A DNA stretch of 32,000 nt from NCBI RefSeq assembly GCF_052908275.1, contig NZ_CM128603.1; one strand, written 5' to 3'. Both the position numbers and the translations under genes were made by a program. The notes beneath the pieces are model-generated. The model did not search any database. It was not told where the DNA came from and saw only the letters and a program-made list of their open reading frames with translations. Below, in pieces: positions 1 through 10,802 of the stretch; position 1 is the first letter of the stretch; every line of letters starts with the position of its first letter.

Positions 1-35
1 GCGTTAATAATTGTTTGTAAAGCGTTATTCGACAC
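1..35 (-). CDS. codA: cytosine deaminase, first 11 codons only (runs off window)
   Basis: The reverse complement of 1-35 reads GTG TCG AAT AAC GCT TTA CAA ACA ATT ATT AAC (MSNNALQTIIN). I recognise this as the CodA N-terminus. It overlaps the codB stop by 11 nt, as in the codBA operon. Confidence 0.75.
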   Translation of the reverse strand, partial: MSNNALQTIIN

Positions 36-1284
36 TGTTAGCCTCCACATGCGTCATTGCTGCTGTCGTTTTACGATTCAAAATCGGGTTAAGGATCAGA
101 TAGCTCAGCGCGCCACCTAATACCGCGTTGACCGGAACAATTCCCGGTAACCAGTGGCCTGCAGCAATCCCCAAGGCGACCGCCAGAATCGCCACCCAAT
201 TGACACTCATCATACGCGTGGTCGCAAAGTGCTCATAGCGGCGACGGTTCATCAGATAGTCGGCAATGATCACGCCACCCACCGGAGGAATAGCTGCCGA
301 AAGGAAGGTCAACCAGCCGACAAAATTGTTATACAGCCATAATGCGCAGACCGTACCGATAATACCGTTGATTACCGAAAGGGTTTTGCTCGACATCCCG
401 GTAATGTTGGCGAAACCTAAACCCGACGCATAGAGCGCGTTATCGTTGGTGGTCCAGATATTTAGCCCCAGCACCACAATCGCAGGCAACAGCAGGCCCT
501 GAGCAATCATCACATCAGAGATATCCGCCATCCCCAGTGCCGCAGCGCCCGCTGCACCGAAAATAAACATCAACGAGTTGCCGAGGAAAAAGGCCACCAT
601 CGCCACCAGCACCGCCAGTTTGGCATTGCGACCAAAGCGGACAAAGTCAGCGGTGAGCGTGCCCGCACTGATAAATGACCCCACAACCAGCGCCAGCGCG
701 ACATTGAAATCTAACGGTTGTGCGGGAACGACCGCTTTTAAGGCGTCCAGGCCGCCCATGCCGTTAACGGCCAGCCATACGGAATAACCGCCAAGACAGG
801 CGATAGCCGGAACCGCAATCACCGAAAGAACCGTCAGCGCCGAAATGCCAAAGAAGACGGTGACGGTCATCAGTAAACCGGAAACGGCAATTAGCAAATT
901 AATATCCAGCCCGGTTGCCTTACCCACCGGAATAGCAAACATCGCCACACCGACGCCAAACCAGCCAACCTGGGTGCCGCCCAGCAGCAGTGAAGGCAGC
1001 CATGAGCCTTTAACACCAAAAGAGAAGCGAGCAAGAAGATGAGTGGTCAGGCCGGTTTTTGCGCCAATGTAACCGAGAAATGAAGTGTAAATACCGAGGA
1101 GAAGATTACCGATGAGAACTGCGAGGAAGAAATCATGATAGCTAAGACCGGTTCCGAGAGTACCGCCGGTCCACATACTGGCGGAAAAGAAGGTTAATCC
1201 CAGCATGACGAACGTCAATGCCAATACCCCTTTCCGCGCCGACTGCGGGACTGGCCCCTGGCTAAAGTTGTTATCTTGCGACAC
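25..1284 (-). CDS. codB: cytosine permease (NCS1 transporter)
   Basis: A 419-aa polytopic membrane ORF with a GTG start. The sequence is recognised as E. coli CodB, and it sits next to the codA start. Confidence 0.95.
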   Translation of the reverse strand: MSQDNNFSQGPVPQSARKGVLALTFVMLGLTFFSASMWTGGTLGTGLSYHDFFLAVLIGNLLLGIYTSFLGYIGAKTGLTTHLLARFSFGVKGSWLPSLLLGGTQVGWFGVGVAMFAIPVGKATGLDINLLIAVSGLLMTVTVFFGISALTVLSVIAVPAIACLGGYSVWLAVNGMGGLDALKAVVPAQPLDFNVALALVVGSFISAGTLTADFVRFGRNAKLAVLVAMVAFFLGNSLMFIFGAAGAAALGMADISDVMIAQGLLLPAIVVLGLNIWTTNDNALYASGLGFANITGMSSKTLSVINGIIGTVCALWLYNNFVGWLTFLSAAIPPVGGVIIADYLMNRRRYEHFATTRMMSVNWVAILAVALGIAAGHWLPGIVPVNAVLGGALSYLILNPILNRKTTAAMTHVEANSVE

Positions 1285-1436
1285 GAAATTCCCCCTTTTT
1301 GCTGTTTGAAACCCAAAAAATCCGCCGCATTCTATTCATCTGAAGATAAAAAGCAATCGTTTTCGTGGGGAAATATATTTTTTATATGAATGAGTGCAAA
1401 AAGGTGGGGGAAAAATTATCGGTGTAAAAACAGTGG

Positions 1437-1607
1437 GTAGGCCTGATAAGACGCGTCAGCGTCGCATCAGGCATCTGAGCATGGTGTCGGATGCGGCGCG
1501 AGCGCCTTATCCGACCTACGGTTCAGACCTGTAGGCATGATAAGACGCGCCAGCGTCGCATCAGGCATCGGCGCATGGTGTCGGATGCGCCACGCGACGC
1601 ATCCGAC
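1437..1607. repeat. REP/BIME cluster (about 4 REP palindromes)
   Basis: Alternating GTAGGCCTGATAAGACGCG...CGCATCAGGCATC and CGGATGCG...CTTATCCGACCTAC palindromic units lie between codB and prpE. Confidence 0.85.
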
Positions 1608-1613
1608 AATACC

Positions 1614-3500
1614 TTACTCTTCCATCGCCTGGCGGATCTGATCCAACGACGCAGGATCATCAATGGTCGTCAGATCTCCAGGATCGCGTCCTTCGCAAAT
1701 CGCCTGGATCGTGCGGCGCAGCATTTTTCCGGATCGCGTTTTTGGCAATTGCGAGACAAACCAGACGTGCGCCGGGCGGCCAAAGTTGCCAATCTGGCTG
1801 TCCACCAGCGCCATAATCGCCTTCTCTTGCGAATGCGCCACATCACGATCTTCCAGACTGTCGCTCTCTTTCGGAATGACAAACGCCACCGCCACCTGCC
1901 CTTTCAGCGCATCTTTCACCCCAACCACCGCCACTTCGGCAACGCCCGGATGGCTGGAGATACTCTCTTCAATCTCGCGCGTCCCCAGCCGATGCCCGGC
2001 AACGTTAATTACATCGTCAGTGCGCCCGAGAATAAAGTGATAACCGTCAGCGTCACGGATGCCCCAGTCAAAGGTGGCGTACACCGGGCGGGAAAACAGC
2101 GACCAGTAAGTCTTCACAAAGCGGCCGTCGTCGCCCCAGATGGTCTGAATACACCCCGGCGGCAGCGGCCCTTCCACCACCAGCATCCCTTTCTCGTTGA
2201 CGCCACACGGTTCGCCGGTGACTTCATTAAGCAACTGCACGTTATAGCCATACATCGGCACACCGGGGCTTCCCAGACGCGTCGGCCTGTCGTCCAGACC
2301 GCGAGCAATCGCCATAATCGGCCAGCCGGATTCGGTCTGCCAGTAGTTGTCGATGACCGGCACATCCAGCGTATTGCTCACCCAACTGGCGGTCGGCTCG
2401 TCCAGCGGTTCTCCAGCCAGATAGAGCACTTCCAGCGACGAGAGATCGTGTTTACGAATTTCAGCGGTAGGGAATTTTTTCAGCACGCGAATGGCGGTCG
2501 GCGCTGAGAACATGCGGCTAACCTGATATTTCTCGACGATTTTCCACCACACGCCGCAGTCCGGCCAGGTCGGTAATCCTTCGTAAACGATAGTCGCCAT
2601 CCCCGCCAGCAGCGGCGCGTAAACGATATACGAATGCCCCACCACCCAGCCGATATCCGATGCGCAAAAGAACACGCTGCCCGCTTTGCCGCCAAAAATG
2701 GTGTCCATCGAGGTCGCCAGCGCCACCGCATATCCGCCGACGTCACGCTGCACGCCTTTAGGTTTGCCGGTCGTGCCGGAAGTGTAGAGAATGCAGGAGG
2801 TTTCGTTGGATTCCAGCCACGCCACCGGTACCCGCGCGCCGATGTGTTGATGGCGCAACGACGCGAAATCGACATCCCGCCCGCTGACGCGCGCCATTTT
2901 CGCCAGCCCGCGATCCACCAGCAAAACATGGCGTGGCTGGTGCTGCGCCTGACTTATCGCATCGTCGAGCAATTTTTTATAGGGAATGATTTTGCCACCG
3001 CGCGCTCCGGCATCAGCCGAGACAATCAGCACCGGTTTAGCGTCATCAATTCGCGCCGCCACGCTGTGCGAGGCAAATCCACCAAACACCACCGAGTGAA
3101 TAGCGCCAATGCGCGCGCAGGCCAGCAGAGTAATATGCGCTTCGGCAATCATCGGCATATACACCAGCACCCGATCGCCGCGCTGCACACCCAATGAACG
3201 CAACATTGAGGCCACCGCGTTCACTTCGTCATGCAGCTGACGAAAGGTAAAGGTGCGCTCTTCTTCTGTTTCCGAAGAGACGGCAATCAGCGCCAGCGCC
3301 TCTGGCTGTTTCTCCAGCCAGCGGTCGATGGCGTTGTGGCACAAGTTGGTTCGGCCTTCACAAAACCAACGGGCAAACGGCGGATTGCTGTGATCGAGCG
3401 TTTGCGTAAAGGGCGTCTGCCAGTCAATACGCCGGGCCTGCTCGGCCCAGAACTGCTCCGGTTCGTTAATCGAACGCTGATAAAATTCGCTAAAAGACAT
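1614..3500 (-). CDS. prpE: propionyl-CoA synthetase (AMP-forming)
   Basis: A 628-aa ORF with the acyl-adenylate motif YTSGTTGKPKG. It is the last gene of the prpBCDE array. Confidence 0.95.
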   Translation of the reverse strand: MSFSEFYQRSINEPEQFWAEQARRIDWQTPFTQTLDHSNPPFARWFCEGRTNLCHNAIDRWLEKQPEALALIAVSSETEEERTFTFRQLHDEVNAVASMLRSLGVQRGDRVLVYMPMIAEAHITLLACARIGAIHSVVFGGFASHSVAARIDDAKPVLIVSADAGARGGKIIPYKKLLDDAISQAQHQPRHVLLVDRGLAKMARVSGRDVDFASLRHQHIGARVPVAWLESNETSCILYTSGTTGKPKGVQRDVGGYAVALATSMDTIFGGKAGSVFFCASDIGWVVGHSYIVYAPLLAGMATIVYEGLPTWPDCGVWWKIVEKYQVSRMFSAPTAIRVLKKFPTAEIRKHDLSSLEVLYLAGEPLDEPTASWVSNTLDVPVIDNYWQTESGWPIMAIARGLDDRPTRLGSPGVPMYGYNVQLLNEVTGEPCGVNEKGMLVVEGPLPPGCIQTIWGDDGRFVKTYWSLFSRPVYATFDWGIRDADGYHFILGRTDDVINVAGHRLGTREIEESISSHPGVAEVAVVGVKDALKGQVAVAFVIPKESDSLEDRDVAHSQEKAIMALVDSQIGNFGRPAHVWFVSQLPKTRSGKMLRRTIQAICEGRDPGDLTTIDDPASLDQIRQAMEE

Positions 3501-3539
3501 AATGCTCTCCTGTTGAACTTACGCCTTACCGCCGTTTAC

Positions 3540-4991
3540 TTAAATGACGTACAGGTCGAGATACTCATTGACCGGCATCTGTTCCAGGCGAGCTCTGTCG
3601 AGAGAAACCTCCAGAATGCGCTGCTGTTGGCGAGTCGGGAACTGGCGCGCGAGATTGATTTTGAATTTATCGACCAGTTTCGGAATACCATCCTGACGGC
3701 GGCGAGCATGACCAATGGGGTACTCCACCACCACTTCTTCAAATCGTGTGCCGTCGGTGAACTCAAGGGTAATGGCATTGGCGATGGCGCGTTTTTCCGG
3801 GTCGTGGTAGTCAGCGGTAAATGCCGGATCTTCAAAGCAATTGATCTTCTCGCGCAGGGCGTCAATGCGTTTATCTTGCGCAACGTTGTCCTCGTAATCT
3901 GCCGCCGTTAAGCGCCCGAATAGCAGCGGGATCGCCACCATGTACTGAATGCAGTGATCGCGGTCTGCCGGGTTATTGAGCGGCCCTTTTTTGTCGATGA
4001 TGCGAATACAGGCTTCGTGGGTGCGAATGGTCACTTTTTCGATATCCGCCGCCGTTTTGCCTGCTGCCTGCATCTGTTCATAGAGCGTCATCGCTGCTTC
4101 AACTGCCGTCTGGGAGTGGAACTCCGCCGGGAAGGAGATTTTGAACAGCACATTTTCCATAACGTAGGAACCGTACGGGCGCTGGAAGCGGAACGATTCA
4201 CCTTTAAAGGAGACGTCGTAGAAGCCCCACACCGGCGCAGTCAGGGCTGACGGGTAACCCATTTCGCCCGTTTTCGCCATCAGTGCCAGACGTACCGCGC
4301 GGGAAGTGGCATCGCCCGCCGCCCAGGATTTACGCGTGCCGGTGTTCGGCGCATGGCGATAGGTGCGCAGCGACTGACCGTCCACCCACGCCAGCGAAAC
4401 GGCGTTGAGAATTTCCTCGCGGGTCAGGCCGAGCATTTCGGCGACCACGGCGGTGGAAGCCACTTTCACTAACAGAACGTGGTCGAGGCCGACGCGGTTA
4501 AAGGAGTTTTCCAGCGCGATGCAGCCCTGAATTTCATGGGCTTTGATCATTGCGGTCAGCACCTGTTTCATGGTCAACGGCGCTTTGCCGCTGGCGACCG
4601 CGTTGCGCGAAAGCCAGTCCGCCGTTGCCAGAATGCCGCCGAGGTTGTCGGAAGGATGGCCCCACTCCGCCGCCAGCCAGGTATCGTTGAAATCGAGCCA
4701 GCGGATCATCGCGCCGATGTTAAATGCCGCCTGGACGGGGTCGAGCTGGAACTGAGTTCCGGGGACGCGCACGCCGTTGGGTACGACGGTGCCGGGAACA
4801 ATTGGCCCCAGCAGTTTTTTACAGGCCGGGTATTCGAGAGCTTCCAGACCGCAGCCGAGCGTGTCGAGCAGGCAGTAATGTGCGGTGTCGTAGGCCACTT
4901 TAGAGCTGATTTCGTAGTTCATGACGTAATCGACGATATCAACGATTTCACGATCAAATTCCGGGCGGATGTTGTTGATTTGAGCTGACAT
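3540..4991 (-). CDS. prpD: 2-methylcitrate dehydratase
   Basis: A 483-aa ORF of the MmgE/PrpD family, recognised as PrpD and lying between prpC and prpE. Confidence 0.95.
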
Positions 4992-5024
4992 TGGGTACGT
5001 TTCCTTATTGTTATTCGTAGAGGT

Positions 5025-6194
5025 TTACTGGCGCTTATCCAGCGCGACAAACGGGCGGTCTTCCGGTCCAACATAATTGGCGGAAGGACGGATAATTTTG
5101 TTGTCCTGACGTTGTTCGATAATGTGCGCCGCCCAGCCGGTGACGCGGGCGATAACAAACAGTGGTGTGAACATCTCGGTGGGAACGCCCATCATGTTGT
5201 AGGAAACAGCAGAGAACCAGTCGAGATTGGGGAACATCTTTTTGCTCTCCCACATCACCGTTTCCAGGCGATCGGCGATGTTGTACATCTTCAGCGAGCC
5301 GCCTTCCTGCGAGAGCTGCTTCGCCACACGTTTAATCACCTGGTGGCGCGGGTCAGCGATGGTGTAAACCGGATGACCAAAACCAATGACCACTTCTTTG
5401 TTTTCCACGCGCTTGCGGATATCTGCTTCGGCTTCGTCCGGCGTTTCGTAGCGTTGCTGGATCTCCAGCGACACTTCATTCGCCCCGCCGTGTTTTGGCC
5501 CGCGCAGTGCGCCAATCGCGCCAATAATCGCGGAATACATATCAGAGCCGGTGCCCGCAATCACCCGACTGGTAAAGGTGGAGGCGTTAAACTCGTGTTC
5601 GGCGTACAGCACCAGCGAGATATGCATCGCCTTTTCCCAGCTTTGCGATGGCTTTTCGCCGTGCAGCAGATGCAGGAAGTGACCGCCGATGGAGTCGTCA
5701 TCGGTTTCCGGTTGGATGCGTTCGCCGTTGTGGCTGTAGTGATACCAATAAAGGAGAATCGAGCTAAGCGACGCCAGCAGTTTGTCGGCAATATCCCGCG
5801 CGCCAGAGACGGTATGCCCCTCTTTTTCTGGCAGCGTGCAGCCGAGCGCGGAAACACCGGTGCGCATAACATCCATCGGGTGCGACGCCGCCGGTAAGGC
5901 TTCCAGCACGGTACGCACGTTAGCCGGTAAACCGCGCAGGGCTTTCAGTTTCGTTTTGTAAGCGGCGAGTTCGTCACGGGTCGGCAGTTTGCCGTGGATC
6001 AGCAGATGCGCCACTTCTTCAAATTCGCAATGTTTCGCCAGATCAAGAATATCGTAGCCGCGGTAATGCAGGTCATTGCCACTTTTACCCACGGTGCAGA
6101 GCGCCGTATTGCCCGCCGGAACGCCAGAAAGTGCCACAGATTTTTTCGGTTTAATGACATGGGTACTGTTTTGCAGGATCGTTGTGTCGCTCAT
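5025..6194 (-). CDS. prpC: 2-methylcitrate synthase
   Basis: A 389-aa ORF of the citrate synthase family (GFGHPVY motif) in prp operon context. Confidence 0.95.
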   Translation of the reverse strand: MSDTTILQNSTHVIKPKKSVALSGVPAGNTALCTVGKSGNDLHYRGYDILDLAKHCEFEEVAHLLIHGKLPTRDELAAYKTKLKALRGLPANVRTVLEALPAASHPMDVMRTGVSALGCTLPEKEGHTVSGARDIADKLLASLSSILLYWYHYSHNGERIQPETDDDSIGGHFLHLLHGEKPSQSWEKAMHISLVLYAEHEFNASTFTSRVIAGTGSDMYSAIIGAIGALRGPKHGGANEVSLEIQQRYETPDEAEADIRKRVENKEVVIGFGHPVYTIADPRHQVIKRVAKQLSQEGGSLKMYNIADRLETVMWESKKMFPNLDWFSAVSYNMMGVPTEMFTPLFVIARVTGWAAHIIEQRQDNKIIRPSANYVGPEDRPFVALDKRQ

Positions 6195-6235
6195 GTTGTC
6201 CTCGTCATTGTTATCATTTGTAGGGTCGAGATTGT

Positions 6236-6612
6236 TGTCGGATGCGACGCTATGCGTCTTATCCGACCTACAGTTCAGTTCACCCCGTAGGCCTGATAAG
6301 TCGCGTCAGCGGCGCATCAGGCATCGGTTGTCGGATGCGACGCTATGCGTCTTATCCGACCTACAGTTCAGTGCACCCCGTAGGCCTGATAAGTCGCGTC
6401 AGCGGCGCATCAGGCATCGGTTGTCGGATGCGACGCTATGCGTCTTATCCGACCTACAGTTCAGTGCACCCCGTAGGCCTGATAAGTCACGTCAGCGGCG
6501 CATCAGGCATCGGTTGTCGGATGCGACGCCATCCGTCTTATCCGACCTACAGTTCAGTGCACCTCGTAGGCCTGATAAGTCGCGTCAGCGACGCATCAGG
6601 CATCGGCTGTCG
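6236..6612. repeat. tandem REP/BIME array, 4 copies of a 93-bp unit
   Basis: GATGCGACGC recurs at 6241, 6334, 6427 and 6520, a period of 93. Each unit holds two inverted REPs (CGGATGCGACGC..CTTATCCGACCTAC and GTAGGCCTGATAAG..GCATCAGGCATC). Confidence 0.9.
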
Positions 6613-6633
6613 AATACAATCAACGGGCGTTTT

Positions 6634-7524
6634 TTATTTCACCTGGCTACGGGCAAACAGGTTGTCGAGCTTCTCTTCGTACTGGTAGTAGTTGATGCTT
6701 TCGTACAGCTCGTTGCGGGTCTGCATGGTGTCGATGACGCTTTTCTGCGTGCCTTCCTGGCGCAGGACGTTGTAGACATGTTCAGCGGCGCGGTTCATGG
6801 CGCGGAACGCTGAAAGTGGGTACAGCGCCATTGCGACATGGGCGCTGCGTAATTCGTCGGTGGTAAACAGCGGCGTGGCACCAAATTCGGTGATGTTGGC
6901 GAGGATCGGCACCTGCACCGCATCGGCAAACTGGCGGTACATGGCGAGTTCGGTAATCGCCTCCGGGAACAACATCTCGGCACCCGCTTCAACATAGGCC
7001 TGCGCACGCTCGATCGCCGCATCCAGCCCCTCTACCGCCAGAGCATCGGTGCGCGCCATGATCACAAAATCAGGATCGGTTTTCGCATCCACCGCCGCGC
7101 GGATCCGATCCACCATCTCTTCTTTCGAGACGATCGCTTTATTCGGACGATGACCGCAGCGTTTCGCACCAACCTGATCTTCAATATGCAATCCTGCCGC
7201 ACCGGCTTTAATCATCGATTTCACGGTGCGCGCCACGTTAAAGGCCGAAGAACCAAAACCGATATCCGCATCCACCAGCAGCGGCAGCGAACAAACGTCG
7301 GTGATACGGCGAATATCGGTCAGCACGTCATCAAGAGTAGAAATACCGAGATCGGGCAGCCCCAGCGAACCTGCCGCCACGCCACCGCCAGAAAGATAAA
7401 TTGCCTGATATCCGGCACGCTGCGCCAACAGCGCATGATTAGCGTTGATGGTGCCAACAATCTGCAATGGATTTTCTTTAGTCAGTGCAGCGCGAAACGC
7501 TTTACCTGGAGAGTGTAGAGACAT
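6634..7524 (-). CDS. prpB: 2-methylisocitrate lyase
   Basis: A 296-aa ORF of the isocitrate lyase/PEP mutase family (KRCGH motif). It is the first gene of prpBCDE. Confidence 0.95.
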   Translation of the reverse strand: MSLHSPGKAFRAALTKENPLQIVGTINANHALLAQRAGYQAIYLSGGGVAAGSLGLPDLGISTLDDVLTDIRRITDVCSLPLLVDADIGFGSSAFNVARTVKSMIKAGAAGLHIEDQVGAKRCGHRPNKAIVSKEEMVDRIRAAVDAKTDPDFVIMARTDALAVEGLDAAIERAQAYVEAGAEMLFPEAITELAMYRQFADAVQVPILANITEFGATPLFTTDELRSAHVAMALYPLSAFRAMNRAAEHVYNVLRQEGTQKSVIDTMQTRNELYESINYYQYEEKLDNLFARSQVK

Positions 7525-7570
7525 AGCCCATCCTTTGTTATCAACTTGTTATTTGCGTTGATAAAGACAA

Positions 7571-7586
7571 AGCAAGGGGTGTGCCA
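7571..7586 (-). promoter_or_regulatory. sigma54 (-24/-12) promoter of prpBCDE
   Basis: The minus strand reads TGGCAC-ACCCC-TTGCT, an exact match to TGGCAC-N5-TTGCW. It lies about 45 nt upstream of the prpB ATG and opposite the sigma54 activator gene prpR. Confidence 0.85.
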
Positions 7587-7661
7587 CAATTGCCTTAATA
7601 AAATTAAATGTTTAATTTCAATTTGTTAGAGATAAAGTCATGAACTAATCCGCAAATATGC

Positions 7662-7719
7662 GTTTCAGTTAACGTTTCAGGCAATGTTTCACCGCGTTTC
7701 ATTGCAACAATTATGAAAC
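7662..7719. promoter_or_regulatory. GTTTCA repeat cluster, probable PrpR enhancer (UAS)
   Basis: GTTTCA occurs at 7662, 7674, 7686 and 7696, with an inverted TGAAAC at 7714 (palindrome GTTTCAT-N10-ATGAAAC). The cluster sits in the divergent prpR/prpB intergenic region. Confidence 0.55.
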
Positions 7720-7762
7720 AAGACTAAACCCAATATTCGGTTTCTTAACTTTGCGGTGCGCT

Positions 7763-9349
7763 ATGGCACATCCACCACGGCTTAATGACGACAAACCGGT
7801 TATCTGGACGGTATCTGTAACGCGCCTGTTCGAGCTGTTTCGCGATATCAGCCTCGAGTTTGATCACCTGGCGAACATTACCCCTATCCAGCTTGGCTTT
7901 GAAAAAGCGGTGACCTACATCCACAAGAAACTGGCAAACGAACGCTGTGACGCCATCATCGCCGCTGGATCTAACGGCGCGTACCTGAAAAGCCGCCTGT
8001 CAGTGCCAGTTATTTTGATTAAACCGAGCGGCTACGATGTGTTACAGGCACTGGCAAAAGCCGGAAAACTCACCTCTTCTATCGGCGTTGTCACTTATCA
8101 GGAAACTATTCCGGCACTGGTGGCGTTTCAAAAAACCTTTAATTTGCGCCTCGATCAACGTAGCTACATTACCGAAGAAGACGCACGCGGGCAGATTAAC
8201 GAGCTAAAAGCTAACGGCACCGAAGCGGTGGTCGGCGCGGGGCTGATTACCGATCTGGCAGAAGAAGCCGGAATGACCGGAATTTTTATCTATTCCGCCG
8301 CCACCGTGCGCCAGGCGTTCAGCGATGCGCTGGATATGACGCGCATGTCGTTACGCCATAACACTCACGATGCCACCCGCAACGCCCTGAGAACTCGTTA
8401 TGTGCTGGGCGATATGCTCGGTCAATCACCACAGATGGAACAAGTACGGCAGACTATTTTGCTGTATGCCCGCTCCAGTGCAGCGGTGTTGATTGAGGGG
8501 GAAACGGGGACGGGCAAAGAGCTGGCGGCCCAGGCGATTCATCGGGAATATTTTGCCCGCCACGATGCGCGACAGGGCAAAAAGTCGCATCCGTTTGTTG
8601 CAGTCAACTGCGGGGCGATTGCCGAATCGCTGCTGGAAGCAGAACTGTTTGGCTATGAGGAAGGGGCGTTTACCGGCTCGCGACGCGGCGGTCGCGCCGG
8701 GCTGTTTGAAATCGCCCACGGAGGTACGCTGTTTCTCGATGAGATTGGCGAAATGCCGCTGCCGTTGCAGACCCGGCTGCTGCGGGTGCTGGAAGAAAAA
8801 GAGGTCACCCGCGTCGGCGGGCATCAGCCTGTTCCGGTGGATGTGCGGGTCATTAGCGCCACTCACTGCAATCTGGAAGAAGATATGCGGCAAGGGCAGT
8901 TTCGCCGTGACCTGTTTTATCGGCTGAGTATTTTGCGTCTGCAATTGCCACCACTGCGCGAGCGGGTGGCGGATATTCTGCCACTGGCGGAAAGCTTTTT
9001 GAAAGTGTCTCTGGCGGCGCTCTCCGCCCCGTTTTCTGCCGCATTACGCCAGGGATTACAGGCAAGCGAAACCGTGCTGGTGCACTACGACTGGCCGGGC
9101 AATATTCGTGAACTGCGCAATATGATGGAGCGACTGGCGCTATTTTTAAGTGTGGAACCGACGCCGGATTTAACGCCGCAATTTTTGCAGCTGCTACTGC
9201 CGGAACTGGCGCGCGAGTCGGCGAAAACTCCCGCTCCACGCTTACTGACACCACAACAGGCACTGGAGAAATTTAATGGCGATAAAACAGCAGCGGCGAA
9301 TTATTTAGGCATCAGCCGGACGACGTTCTGGCGGCGGCTGAAAAGCTGA
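7763..9349 (+). CDS. prpR: sigma54-dependent propionate regulon activator
   Basis: A 528-aa protein from the ATG at 7763; the track ORF starts 4 codons earlier at a TTG. It has an AAA+ Walker A (GETGTGKE), a GAFTGS motif and a C-terminal HTH, and is recognised as PrpR. Confidence 0.93.
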   Translation: MAHPPRLNDDKPVIWTVSVTRLFELFRDISLEFDHLANITPIQLGFEKAVTYIHKKLANERCDAIIAAGSNGAYLKSRLSVPVILIKPSGYDVLQALAKAGKLTSSIGVVTYQETIPALVAFQKTFNLRLDQRSYITEEDARGQINELKANGTEAVVGAGLITDLAEEAGMTGIFIYSAATVRQAFSDALDMTRMSLRHNTHDATRNALRTRYVLGDMLGQSPQMEQVRQTILLYARSSAAVLIEGETGTGKELAAQAIHREYFARHDARQGKKSHPFVAVNCGAIAESLLEAELFGYEEGAFTGSRRGGRAGLFEIAHGGTLFLDEIGEMPLPLQTRLLRVLEEKEVTRVGGHQPVPVDVRVISATHCNLEEDMRQGQFRRDLFYRLSILRLQLPPLRERVADILPLAESFLKVSLAALSAPFSAALRQGLQASETVLVHYDWPGNIRELRNMMERLALFLSVEPTPDLTPQFLQLLLPELARESAKTPAPRLLTPQQALEKFNGDKTAAANYLGISRTTFWRRLKS

Positions 9350-9352
9350 ACT

Positions 9353-9382
9353 GCCGAATGCAGCGCGAACGCTTTATCCGGC
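9353..9382. repeat. single degenerate REP-like hairpin between convergent prpR and yahO
   Basis: GCCGAATGCAGCG-CGAA-CGCTTTATCCGGC forms an imperfect palindrome, likely acting as a bidirectional terminator. Confidence 0.5.
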
Positions 9383-9446
9383 ATAAATTTCAATAGATGA
9401 TCACCGATAAACTTACGCATCGGAGATGTTTACATAGGATTCAGAA

Positions 9447-9722
9447 TTACTTCTTCTTATAAATATTTGCCGTGCCGTGGATCTTATTGTCAGTTTGACC
9501 GGAGGTCAGTACCAACACATCAGCCCCTTTTTCATCCGCTTTTTTGATCAAATCTTCTTTTGCATCTGCAGTCGACATTTCATTGCTGGTTGAAATATCA
9601 CCTATTTTTTCATACTGCGATTCAACTTTTTCAAATTCCGCTTTGGTCATCAATTCAGCGGCATAGACATTGGTAACGGCTAACGCTAACGCACCGACTA
9701 ACATTTTAGAGATTATTTTCAT
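9447..9722 (-). CDS. yahO: small periplasmic DUF1471 (YhcN/BhsA-like) protein
   Basis: A 91-aa ORF with an N-terminal signal peptide ([21 protein letters not shown]), recognised as YahO. Confidence 0.9.
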   Translation of the reverse strand: MKIISKMLVGALALAVTNVYAAELMTKAEFEKVESQYEKIGDISTSNEMSTADAKEDLIKKADEKGADVLVLTSGQTDNKIHGTANIYKKK

Positions 9723-9868
9723 ATTACGGCTCCAGAGTTGTTATCACACTATCACCCACCCACATTATTGGGTTGATTAATAATTAGTTCAGTCAGGGCA
9801 TAAACGCCAGTAACCGGAAATAAGACACTTTGTGATCTCTCTCGCACCCGATTATTTTTGGTAGAAAT

Positions 9869-10540
9869 ATGATGCAGTTAGTTCACTTATTTATGGATGA
9901 AATCACTATGGATCCTTTGCATGCCGTTTACCTGACCGTAGGACTGTTCGTGATTACTTTTTTTAATCCGGGAGCCAATCTCTTTGTGGTAGTACAAACC
10001 AGCCTGGCTTCCGGTCGACGCGCAGGGGTGCTGACCGGGCTGGGCGTGGCGCTGGGCGATGCATTTTATTCCGGGTTGGGTTTGTTTGGTCTTGCAACGC
10101 TAATTACGCAGTGTGAGGAGATTTTTTCGCTTATCAGAATCGTCGGCGGCGCTTATCTCTTATGGTTTGCGTGGTGCAGCATGCGCCGCCAGTCAACACC
10201 GCAAATGAGCACACTACAACAACCGATTAGCGCCCCCTGGTATGTCTTTTTTCGCCGCGGATTAATTACCGATCTCTCTAACCCGCAAACCGTTTTATTT
10301 TTTATCAGTATTTTCTCAGTAACATTAAATGCCGAAACACCAACATGGGCACGTTTAATGGCCTGGGCGGGGATTGTGCTCGCATCAATTATCTGGCGAG
10401 TTTTTCTTAGTCAGGCGTTTTCTTTGCCCGCTGTGCGTCGTGCTTATGGGCGTATGCAACGCGTTGCCAGTCGGGTTATTGGTGCAATTATTGGTGTATT
10501 CGCGCTACGCCTGATTTACGAAGGGGTGACGCAGCGGTGA
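9869..10540 (+). CDS. yahN: LysE/RhtB-family amino-acid exporter
   Basis: A 223-aa multi-TM ORF recognised as YahN. Confidence 0.9.
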   Translation: MMQLVHLFMDEITMDPLHAVYLTVGLFVITFFNPGANLFVVVQTSLASGRRAGVLTGLGVALGDAFYSGLGLFGLATLITQCEEIFSLIRIVGGAYLLWFAWCSMRRQSTPQMSTLQQPISAPWYVFFRRGLITDLSNPQTVLFFISIFSVTLNAETPTWARLMAWAGIVLASIIWRVFLSQAFSLPAVRRAYGRMQRVASRVIGAIIGVFALRLIYEGVTQR

Positions 10541-10556
10541 GCAGATAATTTACTCT

Positions 10557-10802
10557 CTACGTAATCAACCTGATTTGCCGAATCACGGCCATCGGCGATG
10601 ATAGCCCCCGTAATGCGTGGTCCTTATTTCCGATAAGTTTACTTGAGTCTTTAGCTTCCCATTTCAGCCCACTCTCCCCTGTGTGGGCTTTTTTCATTGG
10701 TCTGCCCCATCCTGAATAGCCAAACAATGGCAATGTTCCACTTTGCAGGGATGATAATAAGGGGATCTGATTCAGAAGAGTTTTGAAAAGTTGGACCGCC
10801 AT
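10557..10802 (-). CDS. yahM: hypothetical 81-aa protein (K-12 annotation yahM); coding status doubtful
   Basis: The ORF from the ATG at 10802 (MAVQLFK...) matches the K-12 yahM annotation. It has no recognisable domain, and its start codon lies inside a tRNA-like acceptor stem. Confidence 0.4.
   Translation of the reverse strand: MAVQLFKTLLNQIPLLSSLQSGTLPLFGYSGWGRPMKKAHTGESGLKWEAKDSSKLIGNKDHALRGLSSPMAVIRQIRLIT

Noticed and set aside
1491-2507. A 338-aa + strand ORF lies antisense to prpE. Similar antisense ORFs lie inside prpD, prpC, prpB, prpR, yahK, yahJ, yahI, yahG, yahF and yahE.
   Set aside because: They are shadow ORFs typical of GC-rich coding regions. They have Arg/His-rich low-complexity products, and each is fully embedded in a well-recognised gene on the other strand.
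6236-6612. The regular approximately 93-bp periodic repeats here and at 25985-26350 could be mistaken for CRISPR arrays.
   Set aside because: The whole unit, including the would-be spacers, is repeated nearly identically. The units are classic REP/BIME palindromes (GCCGGATAAGGCG / GCCTGATGCGC types), and no cas genes are nearby.
6076-6813. Long ORFs run through the REP arrays (6076-6813, 6242-6688, 25972-26343, 26016-26441, 26081-26263).
   Set aside because: Their reading frames are kept open only by the repetitive palindromic units. The translated products are repeats of the same peptide, and they lie in known intergenic spacers.
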